Translations under genes and position numbers: made by a program
Assembly: GCF_006345805.1 (NCBI RefSeq)
Contig: NC_043007.1
Coordinates: 13,764,001 to 13,828,000 of the forward strand
DNA from: Octopus sinensis
Taxonomy: Eukaryota
Length of the DNA: 64,000 bases
Direction of reading: 5' to 3'
Shown: positions 11,339-24,234 of the stretch, one piece after another
Position numbering within the stretch: position 1 is the stretch's first letter
How the letters are laid out: the number at the start of each line of letters is the position of its first letter
Notes under the pieces: generated by a model
The model's database searches: none
The model's input: only the letters and a program-made list of their open reading frames with translations
What the model was told of the DNA's origin: nothing

Positions 11339-11766
11339 ATCAGAATGAATATTTAACATTCTATTATTTTATTTTATTTTATTATATTATATTATCTTAT
11401 ATTATATCATTATAAGATTGTAAATAAAACGTGAAAATCAGACAAGGTTGGAATTCCTTTTATTAATATAATATATATATATATATATAAAAAACACACA
11501 AACACTCAGGCACAGACACACATACACACACACACACACGCAAAGATATTAATAGTGATATGAGTGTCATATGATGTAGGCATTGCAGTTTGGTCCCTCA
11601 CTTATCTGAATTACTGTTTTCTGTATTTCTTTCTTTCTTTCTTTCGTTCTCTCGCTAAATGTATACGTAGACACACATGAAACATAGATACACACACGCA
11701 CACTCACACATACATACATACACACACAAAAACATTCTTACATATATATAATTAGATATACACACC

Positions 11767-12158
11767 TTTTTTACTCTTTTACTTGTTTCAGTCATGTTTA
11801 GTCGAGCAAATCGAGCCCCCGGACTTATTCTTTGTAAGCATAGTACTTATTCTATCGGTCACATTTGCCGAACCGCTAAGTTACAGGGACATACACACAG
11901 CAGCATCGGTTGTCAAGCGATGTTGGAGGGGCGGCCAAACACAGACAGACAAACATATACACAAACAAACATATATATATATACACATACATGTATACGA
12001 CGGGCTTCTTTCAGTTTCCGTCTACCAAATCCACTCACAAGGCTTTGGTCGGCCCAAGGCTATAGTGGAAGACACTTGCCCAAGGTGCCACGCAGTGGGA
12101 CTGAACCCGGAACCATGTGGTTCATAAGCAAGCTACTTACCACAGCCACTCCTACGCC
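11767..12158 (-). mobile_element. SINE family A
   Basis: Family consensus on the minus strand, with a short deletion in the tail. Confidence 0.9.
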
Positions 12159-12167
12159 TGTATATAC

Positions 12168-12202
<35 letters not shown>

Positions 12203-12855
12203 TGTATAAACGCATATAATAGATATATGATATATACGTGCATGCGTGTGTCTGTGTTTGCGTGTGGAGTGAAAGGCTGAGAGAGTGAGAGAGAGAGATA
12301 TACAGAGGAACAGAGGAACAGAGAGAGAGAATGTAGGCGAGACAGCTATCCGGTTAGAGAGGTAGGGAGATTGATGGAGAAATATAATATATAAAGTGCA
12401 ACTTGCAAATGTTCTGTAATTAGTGAATGTACCGATGACATATTTCCTGTCAGATAACATTTATTTAAATTACAGCTTGAGTATCCATCTTGACTACGAT
12501 TTTTCTTCCATCAGAAATGTATTTCTTTTTTCTCATTCACAATATGTATATGTGTATCTGGGTGTGTTTTTATATGTGTGGGAGTGTTTGTGTGTGCGTG
12601 TGTAAGTTTGTATGTGTGGGAATGTGCTCTGTTTTTGTATGTCTGTTTGTATATATATATATATTTATGTATATGTGTATACACACACACATGCATCTTT
12701 GTGCAGCGATGTTGATACATATATGAGCATATCCATCCGTGTATATCTGTATGAATGTGAGCGTATATACATTTACAATATACACATATATGTATGTAGA
12801 TATATACATCCATACACGCATACATATGTAAATATATATAATATATATATTATTA

Positions 12856-12888
<33 letters not shown>

Positions 12889-12959
12889 CATACATACATA
12901 CATACATACATACATACATACATACATACATACATACATACATACATGCATGCATACAA

Positions 12960-13123
12960 GGCGTAGGAGTAGCTGTGTAGTAAGAAGCTTGCTTGCCAAC
13001 CACATGGTTCTGGGTTCAGTCTTACTGCGTGGCACCTTGGGCAAGTGTCCTCTGCTATAGCCTCGGACCGACCAAAGTCTTGTGAGTGGGGATCTGGTGG
13101 CCGGAAACAGAAGGAAGCCCGTC

Positions 13124-13181
<58 letters not shown>

Positions 13182-13415
13182 TTGTGTGTGTGTGTCTGTA
13201 AGTACGTGTTTGTTGTCTGTGTCTGTGTTTGTCACCCCCACCATCGCTTGGCAACCGATGCTGGTGTCTACGTCCCCGTCACTTAGCCGTTCGACAAAAA
13301 GATACGAATAGAATAAGTACTAGGCTTACATAGAATAAGTCCCGGGATCGATTTTATTCGACTAAAGGTGGTGCTCCAGTATGACCGTAGTCAAATGACT
13401 GAAACGGGTAAAAGT
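12960..13415 (+). mobile_element. SINE family A with a long internal (TA)n(TG)n
   Basis: Full head, body and tail. Confidence 0.9.
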
Positions 13416-13416
13416 G

Positions 13417-13452
<36 letters not shown>

Positions 13453-14199
13453 TGCACGGATTTTTGTCAGTGAACAGGTCGCGGATTTTAGCGACGAAAA
13501 TATTTTGACAAATTAAACTTAAATGTTGAAGTGAATCGAGCGGCTTTTGTGTGTTTCTTAAATGGCTTACAAACACCTTCCACGCTGCAATTATATATAT
13601 ATATAATTACGATTATATATATGATGTGTGCGCGCACGCGTATTCTATTTGAACAGCTAATCGTGAGTGAAATGGTCTAAAGCACAAAGTCATCTCTCAG
13701 TGAATCAGTGAAGAACCCCACGTACTGTTTTGTATTGCCCTTTATATACAATTCCTTTCTTACATGGGAAGAACATTTTATCAGTTCTGGAATGCTTGGG
13801 AGTACTTGGTCTAAGATTTATATTTACAAATGTCAGTGAGTGCTACGTGCGATGATCATCTGCGCCGGATGGATTGAAGTCATATCTGTTAGAATTGAGA
13901 ACAAGGTCAGCTCCAATGCACATGTCGTCCAACAAAGCTCCGCAACTTGTGATGTATTAGACTTATTTTTCCACACGGATTAAACTCATGTCAAGGAACT
14001 ACGATTAAACAATCAGATGGTTTATCATGCTAACTTTCTGTAAGAACTGCGGTTGACCATCGACTGCGGCCTCGAGCTCAAAAAGGACAAAATAGGAAGG
14101 CATTTGGTCAATATGTCGGCTCAATTTACATTTGTGGTTGCCATAATAAAGACTGGTATTTTCTAATAGGTTACCACGTGGCGTCGGGATTGCTGGCAT

Positions 14200-14480
14200 T
14201 GCTTCAGTTACGACGATAAGGGATCCAGTGGATCGAATCAAAGGAACAGCTCGCTCGTGAAATTAACGCACAAATGGCTGAGTACTCCACAGGCACGCGT
14301 AGAGAGATGCACCGTATCACAGAATGTGACAAGGCTGGTCCTTTAAAATACTGGTACCAATATTTCGTGAGCTGAGATGACTGGCGCAGAGGAAAACAAG
14401 CTCGAGGACATAATGCGAATCGAACTCACGATATTACGATCGTGAGACGAAATCCCTAGCCACTAAGCCAGGCGCCTTCA
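14200..14480 (-). mobile_element. Old tRNA-headed SINE with a family C-type tail
   Basis: Reverse-complement head TGAAGGCGCCTGGCTTAGTGG...GAGTTCGATTCG. The tail resembles that of 41842-42226. Confidence 0.65.
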
Positions 14481-14694
14481 GTGCGTCAGGATACGGAAAT
14501 GAGAGGTGGCTTAGAAAGAGAGAGAGGAAACAGTGAAAGGAAAAGAAATCATAACCTTCTCTTAAGATGGACAGAATCCTTCGACGACACAGTAAGTGAC
14601 GTTAGTGTGTGAATGAAAGGACGAAGCAAGCAATCTATAATGAAATGTAGCAAAATAGAAAATGATTTTGAACAAAGAATTACAGTTATGTATA

Positions 14695-15110
14695 CGCGTA
14701 GGAGTGGCTGTGGGGTAAGTAGCTTGCTTACCAGCCACATGGTTCCGGGTTCAGTCCCACTGCGTGGCACCTTGGGCAAATGTCTTCTACTATAGCCTCG
14801 AGCCGACCAAAGCCTTGTGAGTGGATTTGGTAGATGGAAACTAAAAGAAGCCCGTCGTATATATGTATATATATATATATATATATAAAAGTGTGTGTTT
14901 GTGTGTCTGTGTTTGTTCCCCTCAACATCGATTGACAACCGATGCTGGTGTGCTTACGTACCCGTAACTTAGCGGTTCGGCAAAAGAGACCAATAGAATA
15001 AGTACTAGGCTTACAAAGAATAAGTCCTGGGGCCGATTTGCTCGACTAAAGGCGGTGCTCCGGCATGGCCGCAGTCAAATGACTGAATCAAGTAAAAGAG
15101 TAAAAGAGTA
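14695..15110 (+). mobile_element. SINE family A
   Basis: Full-length match ending in (GTAAAAGA)n. Confidence 0.92.
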
Positions 15111-15864
15111 TAGAAAGTAACTAAATTAATAAATGTATTTTATTTTGCGTGTAATACAAATCAACAGAAATTCGTTTTGTGACGTGATATTTCGGGTTAA
15201 AAACCACTTTTTGGGTTGTTGTATTTTTAATATTACCCGGTGAAACCTTCCAGTTTGTGCCATCAAAGGTCACATGGTAGCCGGCTACTTCTTAAAATTT
15301 GTCGCTGCTTCGCAAACGTTAAATCAGTGAGACGTTGGAGTAAACGTAGAATATCGTGTGAGCTTCGGTAACATAAACAATGAAATCCTATTAGGATAAT
15401 TCCAAAATACTTACCTCTCTTCACTCTCTTTTAGAAAATGATTGTCTGGCATTCTATGGCTTATTCTTTTATTCATAACTAAATTTACAATAAGCTATGC
15501 AATTCAAACAATTTTCTCACTGCATGTATACAAATATGTTATGCATATATACATACATACATATATATAATATATATATATATATATGTATATAACATAC
15601 ATATATATACATATATATACACACACACACACACCACATATATATATATATATATATTGATAAAAATGTAAGACAACAAAAGAATGTAAGACACCTCGAT
15701 ATTATGTAAATAGAGGAATTTATCTTTGAATATATATATAATATATATATATATTTGTTTTACTTGTCTTGTTTTATTTATATTTCCTGAGCGCCATACT
15801 AATACAATTGTTCGTTTGTTTTCCACCTGCCTTCGTCTTTTGTTTATTTTCATAAAGCTTCCCG

Positions 15865-15906
<42 letters not shown>

Positions 15907-16065
15907 AGTTATAATATGTGACAATTGTTCGGTAGCCATGATAAAACTCCGAGTTTTATTATGGCTACCGAACAATCGTCACATATTACAATTACGGATA
16001 AATTTCTCTATTTACATAGTATCGAGGTCTCTTTCATTCTGTTGTTGTCTTACCATTTCTCAATA

Positions 16066-16138
<73 letters not shown>

Positions 16139-16141
16139 TAT

Positions 16142-16198
<57 letters not shown>

Positions 16199-16312
16199 GA
16201 TAGACGTGGTTGTGTGGTATGCTGTGTATTTGAGAGTCTATGTGAATATGTATGTATGCGTGTATGTATTTATATATGCATGTATACAAATATATGTATA
16301 TACATAGATACA

Positions 16313-16349
<37 letters not shown>

Positions 16350-17883
16350 TGCATGACGGAGACGATGATTAATGCATAAAGCCGAGCAAATACATCATGT
16401 ATATGTGTGAATAACGTGTGGGTGTATATTTTTTGTCTTCATGTTTTGGAGGCAGTCCTAAGATTCCATGTATTCTATTACATATACATGCATATTCGCA
16501 TTATTTATAAACAAATGTCTGTATAAACTTGCGTCATTATATATATATGAATGCGTATCTGTCTACACGAGTACGTTTACGCGTCAGTGTGCATGCGCGT
16601 GTTTGAGTGCATGTTAGCGTGTGTATGCGAGCGCCTGCGTTTTTGTATAGCCGCATCCATGTTGAAGATGTTTGTATAGAAATTAAGCGCATAGGAAGAT
16701 TGGTGTTTAAGAGAAACGAGATTCATCGGAATTAACAAGAATTCAATTTATTTCCGTTCTCTGTTGGAAACATAGATGTGTTCCCTATTATTTCTGATCT
16801 ACTTGAACTTTGAAAATATTCTCTAATTCAATCATTAATTCCGAACATGTGACACCCTCTTTCGTTCTCTATTAAGCTATACGCTGTTAAATTTCTATGA
16901 TATTCATGTAATCATTATTCATTCTATTTTCAAATAGATTTCTTATTATCAAATAAATGACAAGGTCTTTCAAATTTAATTACCAAAGTGATTTTTTCAG
17001 AAACGAATTCTTTTATTATCGATAAGATTTCTTTAAAATTTTTACAAAACATTTTATGTAAATCAAAAGTTTAATATCAATTATCAATATTTAAATTTGT
17101 TCGGAGAAAGGTTAACATTTATCTAACAATAAAACTTATTTGATATGATGCCTCGTTTGTCACAGTAATATCTAAATAAGTTTCAATTATCACGTAATTT
17201 AAATAACATAAATGTATAATGGAGAAAAAAAATGTCGCCTTATCGCCCTTCTAACTCAATTAACAACGTACCAAGTCATTTTAATGAATGTTAATGAACG
17301 TTAATATTCTAAACAGAAATAAAATGATTAACAAAACTCATTTGATAATCTATTTTACAGACTTCATTCTTTAAATGTATGTAATTTACATTTATAGACA
17401 AACATCACTGAGGATGAAGGATTGGTTTCGAACAGCCTAAAATCATAAACTAGTTTCAAATCTCTGTCGCTGTTTTATTAATAATCGTAGTTTTGTTCTC
17501 ATCGATATTGACCTATTGCCAGTGCTTTGAAAGGGATATAATCTCAGTTAAGCATTTCCTGTTGTGACACGGTAACAAATACTTTTAAAAATCATTAAAA
17601 TTTGAATAAAGTGATCGTTGGTTTTGTCGTGTTATCTGCTTCTATGCAGTTAAAATATAAAAGGAAATGTCGGGCTGCTTAGAACAAAGAAAATAATTAT
17701 AATTTTGAGCTGACTTATTTATTGCTCCTCACCCCAGAGTATTTCACTGAAGGTGCACTTTTTCGATGAAGTCCCAAGTCTGGCTAAACTCGTAGATTTT
17801 TCTCGCACCGCGTCACACTTATATGTTTCGGTATTTTCTTGTATGTCAAGGAACTTTATAAAATATCAAATTCACAGTTGATA

Positions 17884-18277
17884 GGCGCAGAAGTGGCTGT
17901 GTGGTACCGGGTTCAGTCCCACTGCGTAGCACCTTGGGCAAGTGTCTTCTACTATAGCCTCGGGCCGTCCAAAGCCTTGTGAGTGGATTTGGTAGACGGA
18001 AACTGAAAGAAGCCCGTCGTATATATGTATATATATATGTATGTATGTGTGTGTGTATGTTTGTGCGTATGTGTTTGTCCCCCAACATCGCTTGACAATC
18101 GATGCAGGTGTGTTTACGTCCCTGTAACTTAGCGGTTCGGCAAAAGAGACCGATAGAATAAGTACTAGGCTTCCAAAGAATAAGTCCTGGGGTCAAATTC
18201 TTCGACTAAAGGCGGTGCTCCAGCATGGCCGCAGTCAAATGACTGAAACGAATAAAAGAGTAAAAGAGTAAAGAGAG
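17884..18277 (+). mobile_element. SINE family A (deletion in head)
   Basis: Family match. Confidence 0.9.
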
Positions 18278-18864
18278 TTGGTTTAAGTTAATATGATACC
18301 GATACAGTTGCGAAACGTTAATCGGTGCTATCTCAAACAATTAAATGTGACCAAAACTTTCCACATTTCTCTTCTATTTTAACGGTTCTTCATCCAATAT
18401 ATATGTTTAAACTGGTATAACTTGACACCGGAAATAAGCACAAGCGCTATGGAGAGCTAAGATGTTTAAAGTTTCTGTAATCTATACTTTACTAAAAGTA
18501 AGTTGCATCTTGAATTATAGCTGTATAAAAACTCATCATCTACTATACAAAGCTTCCAAGTTGACAATTCTTATATTTTGGTTTTAACAAACCTATTGTC
18601 TTATTTTTGCTTCCTCAGTCGTTTTCAAACTTGTCTTGAATGTTCCACTCACGATATTAACGGCATTTCTGAGTGAGTAATGGGACTGACAGCTAGTAGG
18701 CCTATCTTTGACTTTGGTCATAGGTTAGGTAGATCGTGACCTTATTGTATCCACACAACAAGCGTAGCACCATTTTCTGAATTTTAAAACAAAACACGAT
18801 TAATACTATTTTCTGCATGCTAGAGCGCTTTTATTAAACGACACGTTTTGATATATACATACCT

Positions 18865-18915
<51 letters not shown>

Positions 18916-18930
18916 CATACACATATACAT

Positions 18931-18965
<35 letters not shown>

Positions 18966-18969
18966 TATA

Positions 18970-19003
<34 letters not shown>

Positions 19004-19007
<4 letters not shown>

Positions 19008-19245
19008 CCTCTCTATACATCGGGTTAAGAGGACGCTGCTTGGCTGACCGGTTCGCGGAACACCTCCGAGACATCTGACTCGACAATGACACCTCGGTCT
19101 CCCGCCATTTCTGCCCTACCGGTCACTCTTCGCAACACCTGTCTGTGGATTGTCCTTGCACAGTGGCCATCCGGACTCCCCTTTGCGCCGTGAACAGGGT
19201 TTAATCTTCTCTCTTCGCTCCTTTGCGCCACTTCAGCTCAACTCT
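19004..19245 (+). pseudogene. Penelope-like element GIY-YIG endonuclease fragment (stop and frameshift)
   Basis: [47 protein letters not shown] / GLSLHSGHPDSPLRREQGLIFSLRSFAPLQLN matches the PLE 'YIGETGRxLxxRFxEH...HF...E..LI..L..P.GLN' pattern. A C/T-rich 3' region follows to about 19500. Confidence 0.85.
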
Positions 19246-19692
19246 CCTCCCTTCTTCATCTAACACCCTCCCCTCCCCTCTCCCCCCACACCTACTTCCT
19301 CCAACCCTCCTCTCTTCTCTTGCTCCGACTTATAATTCTCTTCACTCCTACTCTCCTTCTCTCTTCTCTTCAATCCTACCCACCTTCCCTCTCCCTCTCA
19401 TCCCACGCCACTCCATCCCTTACACGTACTCCCAGATACCCCTCCTCTATCCCCATCTGCAGCCTACCTACATACCCCACCTCTAACCCCACCCTCATTC
19501 GTTGAAGAAATCGACGCCAGAAATTATTTTTTTAAAGCCTAGTTCTTATTTTATCAGTCTGTTATGTCGAACCGGTAAGTTACAGAGTCGTAAACACACC
19601 AACACCGGTTGTGAAGCGGTTGTGGTGGTGGTGGTGGTGGTGGGGAAAAACACAGACTCAAAGATGCATACACATACACGCACATGTATGTG

Positions 19693-19731
<39 letters not shown>

Positions 19732-19754
19732 AAAAAATATATATAAAAATACAA

Positions 19755-19908
19755 AATGGGACAAGAACGCAAAACACTCAAATAGACGACACAAAAAACG
19801 GACGGGTCATTCGAAGCCTCAAATCTTCAGTCAGGAACTGGATCATCCTCGCAATTTCGACTGATTAATCTTGAGATCGCTCCGATCCGGCCAGCCCCAA
19901 GGAAAAAC
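19755..19908 (-). repeat. Unclassified interspersed repeat (second copy at 28795-28982, + strand)
   Basis: Both copies share GATCTCAA(G/A)ATTAATC..GAAATTGCGAGGATGATCC..TT..TGACTGA(A/G)GAT...TTTTGCGTTCTTGTCCCATTTTGTATT. Confidence 0.75.
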
Positions 19909-19918
19909 TAATACATGT

Positions 19919-20223
19919 GGAGGCGCAATGGCCCAGTGGTTAGCGAAGCGGACTCGCGGTCATAGGGTCGTGGTTTCGATTCCCATACCGGGCGCTGTAA
20001 GTGTTTATTGAGCGAAAACACCTTAAAGCTCTACGAGGCTCCGGCAGGGGGTGGTGATCCCTGCTGTACTCTTTCACCACTCTTTCTCTCCCTCTTTCTT
20101 CTATTGGCCTGCGAGCTTAGCCAGCGGGGTGGCGTCATTCGAAGGCTAAAACAATGCGAACGCATTGTGACCAGCGATGTGTAACAACATCTGATGGTCT
20201 GGTCGGTCACGTGATCACGTGAT
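19919..20223 (+). mobile_element. SINE family C head with an alternative tail
   Basis: GGAGGCGCAATGGCCCAGTGGTTAG...GGTTTCGATTCCC head as at 50931. The sequence diverges from that copy after about 170 nt. Confidence 0.85.
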
Positions 20224-21418
20224 ATATACATACATACAGGTATATGAAAACCATTTAGACACAGAACGAATAAATAACAACATTAACTGCATAATATCTT
20301 ACACGATCCTTGAGAATGGTGTCCGGAAAGAAGGACGTTCAAAGAATACTTGCAACATCTATTTCGCTAAAAAAAAACAAAAATACTCGATAATGACAGA
20401 GTATAGGTGTGGCAGTTAAACCGAGTTTCGGATTAATTTTTAGAAAGCTTAATCCGGGATAGGCTGCTCTCACTTTCAGCTTTATTAAAACCGAAAATGG
20501 GGAGCAGTTGAAATTCCAATCGCGTGGCTATGGTGCCATATCTTCTTTATTTCCCCAAGTTGCAAATGCTCCGCTTATGGATTCACTCCAGAATCGCGTA
20601 CATACGAAGCGAACCTCTAAACTCCATAGCGTTTTCTATAAATCCATATTCCATAATCGTTGGTTGAAAGCAAAATATTCAATGAAGTAATTTCACTAAA
20701 AATAAGTTTTTAACATGATTTTGTCTTATGTATTGAATACATTTTTTGTGTTAATTTCATTGAGATTGACAAAGAACGAAGAGTGCTTTTTAAAGCAAAA
20801 TTTACTGTTGGAGTCCTTTTTCAATAAACCGAAATAGACAGCCATGCTCGTAGTTGACAACAATTCTCAGTGGTTTCTCATACGTAGTAATATATAGTCC
20901 CTGAAATCAAATTAGACGAATATCGAAATGACATCAATTTTAAAGTTAAAATTAATATAATATTAGAGAACGAATATTAACTTCGAAAGAAGAGTAATTC
21001 TAATAGAAAGATAAATGCATCAAACCCAAAATTGAGCGAACTTTTGACGAAATGTTCTTCAAAATTAATTACATTTCTCTCCTTAAGTCGCCAATCTAAT
21101 GTATTTTTCTGCTGTTCTCTAATCATCACGCGGTAGTTTTAATGTAGCTGCTCTTTGAAATATGGAACATACAGGTACGTGATAAAAGACGTTTGAAATA
21201 AAGAACTACACAGTGAAATATGAATACGTTGTAATAGTTTTTTGGGATTATTAGCAAACCAATAGCGGAATGTTCAATCTGGTTTAATTTGCATGATCCA
21301 ATCGACAGCGGTGAGTTTATGTGGCTACTTGATCGGATAGAAATAGCAGCCACATATCAATTGACACCTCATACTATCATCTTTAGAAAATGCATGATCC
21401 AATTAACATAGATATATA

Positions 21419-21985
21419 GTGGGTTGTCCGGAAAGTTCGTGCCAATTTATAGTAGCTTACGTTACGACTTAATTTAGAACATGATTGAGTCCATAAAGTA
21501 GGATTTGACTACACCTCCATTTAGTGCACAGTTTAAGCTATATTTTTGTAGAAGAAGGTTTATGTTCCTACAACTTGTGTTAATTCTGTAACCCTTTAAA
21601 ATAGAAGATAAGAAAGTTCATTTTCGGCACTTGATGCTTTGAGAACCACACAAAAATTGCTGCAGCTCGGCTGGCATGTGTTACCCCACCCTCCATATTC
21701 ACCAGACATTACTCCTTCGGATTTCTACTTATTCAGGTCTCTGCAGAATAGGCTTAATGTTAAAAAGTTCAATTCCTTTGATGACGTAAAAAGATACCTT
21801 GATGAATTCTTTGCCATTGAAACCACCTTAATTCTGGGAAGAGGGTATTTTCAAATTAAAGGAAAGATGGAGACGCACTGTGCAACAAAATGGTTTATAT
21901 TCGGTTGATCAAACATGTAATGGCAAGTATTTATTGACCTCTTACTTTCCTTTAAAAATCGGCACGAACTTTCCGGACAACCCAA
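21419..21985 (+). mobile_element. Internally deleted mariner element flanked by TA
   Basis: About 30-bp TIRs with TA at 21417-18 and 21986-87. IEDKKVHFRHLML is joined to RTTQKLLQLGWHVLPHPPYSPDITPSDFYLFRSLQNRL (mariner YSPD motif). Confidence 0.95.
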
Positions 21986-21990
21986 TATAT

Positions 21991-22665
21991 GTGGCGTGAA
22001 GGTGCATAGATTAGTGATTATGGTCGCGAGTTTGATTCTTGGTGGTGTATTGTCTTCTTGAGCAAGACACTTTACTTCACATTGCTCCAGTCCAATCAGC
22101 TGACAAAAGTGTGTAGTAACTCTATTTCAAGGGGACTGGCTTGTCAGACTTTGTGTCACGCTGAATCTCCCTGTGAAATATGTGAAGGGGTACGCGTGTC
22201 TGTGGAGCACTGAGCCACTTGCAGTATGTGAAGGGGTACGCGTGTCTGTGAAGTGCTCAGCCACTTGCAGTATGTGAAGGGGTACGCATGTCTGTGGAGT
22301 GCTCAGCCACTTGCAGTATGTGATGGGGTACGCGTGTCTGTGGAGTGCTCAGCCATGTGCAGTATGTGAGGGGGTACGCGTATCTCTGGAGTGCTCAGCC
22401 ACTTGCAGTATGTGAGGGGGTACGCGTGTCTGTGGAGTGCTCAGCCACTTGCAGTATGTGAAGGGGTACGCGTGTCTGTGGAGTGCTCAGCCGCTTGCAG
22501 TATATGAAGGGGTAAGCGTGTCTGTGGAGTGCTCAGCCACTTGCAGTATGTGAGGGGGTACGCGTGTCTATGGAGTTCTCAGCCACTTGCACGTTAAGCT
22601 CACGAGCAAGCTGTTCCGTTGATCAGATCAACTGGAACCCTCGTCGTCGTAAGCGGCGTAGTGCC
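21991..22665 (+). mobile_element. Chimeric tRNA SINE (E-type head/CORE-like body with C-type tail) carrying an internal minisatellite
   Basis: TTGAGCAAGACACTTTACTTCACATTGCTCCAGTCC body; tail GCTGTTCCGTTGATC.GATCAACTGGAACCCTCGTCGTCGTAA. Confidence 0.8.
22179..22590 (+). repeat. Minisatellite, 9 x 46 bp
   Basis: Unit TATGTGAAGGGGTACGCGTGTCTGTGGAGTGCTCAGCCACTTGCAG starts at 22179, 22225, 22271, 22317, 22363, 22409, 22455, 22501 and 22547. Confidence 0.97.
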
Positions 22666-22855
22666 AGCTTTATTCAGTCTCATAGATATAGTAGGAACTT
22701 AAGTGTACAACGTGAAACGTGTACAAATATATTATTATAAACGGCTGGACGTGAACGTCTTTTAAAACCTGCAGAATTCTCAAACATCTTGAATCCAGGA
22801 ACAGATGAAAGAAAAGATTTAAAGAAAAGACCTGAAAGAAAAGACCTACGATATA

Positions 22856-23213
22856 GGCGTAGGAGTGGCTTGCTTGCAAACTACATGGTTCCGGGTTCAG
22901 TCCTAATGCGTGGCACCTTAAGCAAGTGTCTTCTACTATAGCCTCGGGCCGACCAAAGACTTGTGCGTGGATTTGGTAGATGGAAACAGAAAGAATCCCG
23001 TCGTATGTGTGTCTGTGTTTGTCCCCCAAACATCGCTTGAAAACCGATGCTGGTGTGTTTACGTCCCTGTAACTTAGTGATTCGGCAATAGAGACCGATA
23101 GAATAAGTACTAGGCTTCCAAAGAATAAGTCCTGGGGTCGACTTGCTCGACTAAAGGCGGTACTCCAGCATGGCCACAATCAAATGACTGAAACAAGTAA
23201 AGAGTATAAGAGC
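22856..23213 (+). mobile_element. SINE family A lacking the internal (TA)n expansion
   Basis: Family match; the microsatellite position is reduced to TATGTGTGTC. Confidence 0.9.
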
Positions 23214-23529
23214 ATATCCATTCCGATGAAGAATAAGAACTGCATTGCATTATATGTACATAGCTGACTTGACTTAGATTGATCCAAGAAATATTTCCAC
23301 CTCTATGTACTCTGGACAATAAGGACTACATTATATACCTTTCTTATATTTGTCATTATATTATAAAGAGAGTACAGGAGGCGGTCGAAAAAGCCAGCTT
23401 CTATATATGGTTGAAGCGAGATGACCAAAAATGGCTTGAAAGTCATAACATGCCAGCGGAAAATAACATCAATAGGTGAGACGGACAGGTGACGGTCGTT
23501 TAGAGAATGCGTGGGCTAAGACTACGCGC

Positions 23530-23630
23530 CTTCATTGGTCAGTTAAAGTTGAGACAGTGTTATGTGACAACTTGCTGGAGCCTAGCAGCAGGTATTTAAA
23601 GGGAAAAAATTTTACAAGTCAGTCAGTCGT
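23530..23630 (+). promoter_or_regulatory. Candidate Pol II core promoter in a GC-richer, LTR/pLTR-like island
   Basis: ATTGG (reverse CCAAT) at 23534, TATTTAAA at 23593, and TCAGT(C) initiator-like motifs at 23619 and 23623, i.e. 26-30 nt downstream. Confidence 0.3.
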
Positions 23631-24188
23631 CCGCTGACACTCGTTCACGCTACATCGAAGAGGTCAGGTAACAGAAGAAAGAAGAAAGAAGACATGCACC
23701 CAACACCAGAGCTGAAGACACCTCCGAAGGGGGGGGGGCGTCTTAAAGGGTAGAGGAGTAGGGGCCGAAACCGGACGTGGTTCCTCCTGGTGATGTCTTG
23801 AGCTAACTGGATCCTATAGAAGAAACTGACCACGAAACACGGTTGAAATTCCTTTCTCAGTAAATTAAAAATTTCACGTAATTTAAGCTGAATAGACCCT
23901 ACATTCCTGACAACGCTGTTCTGATGCAACCCAGCTACATCGAAATATCAGCTATATACGAATGTTAATGTTTCTTTCAATACAATAAACTTTAATTAAA
24001 AGAGAGAAAGTTTGATCGAATATATGTGTTAGAAAACAAAACACGTGACTTAAAACTTTTGCATGCGAAAATAAAATGAAATAAAATATAGATTCCTGGC
24101 TAATCGATCCCCTCCGTCGGCACCGTATTGAGTAACCAATCGACTCTCAAAATATATATATATACATATACACGTATATATATGTATA

Positions 24189-24234
<46 letters not shown>

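Noticed and set aside
22179-22590. Regular repeats as a possible CRISPR array
   Set aside because: The units are contiguous with no unique spacers, derive from a SINE tail and lie in eukaryotic DNA with no cas genes.
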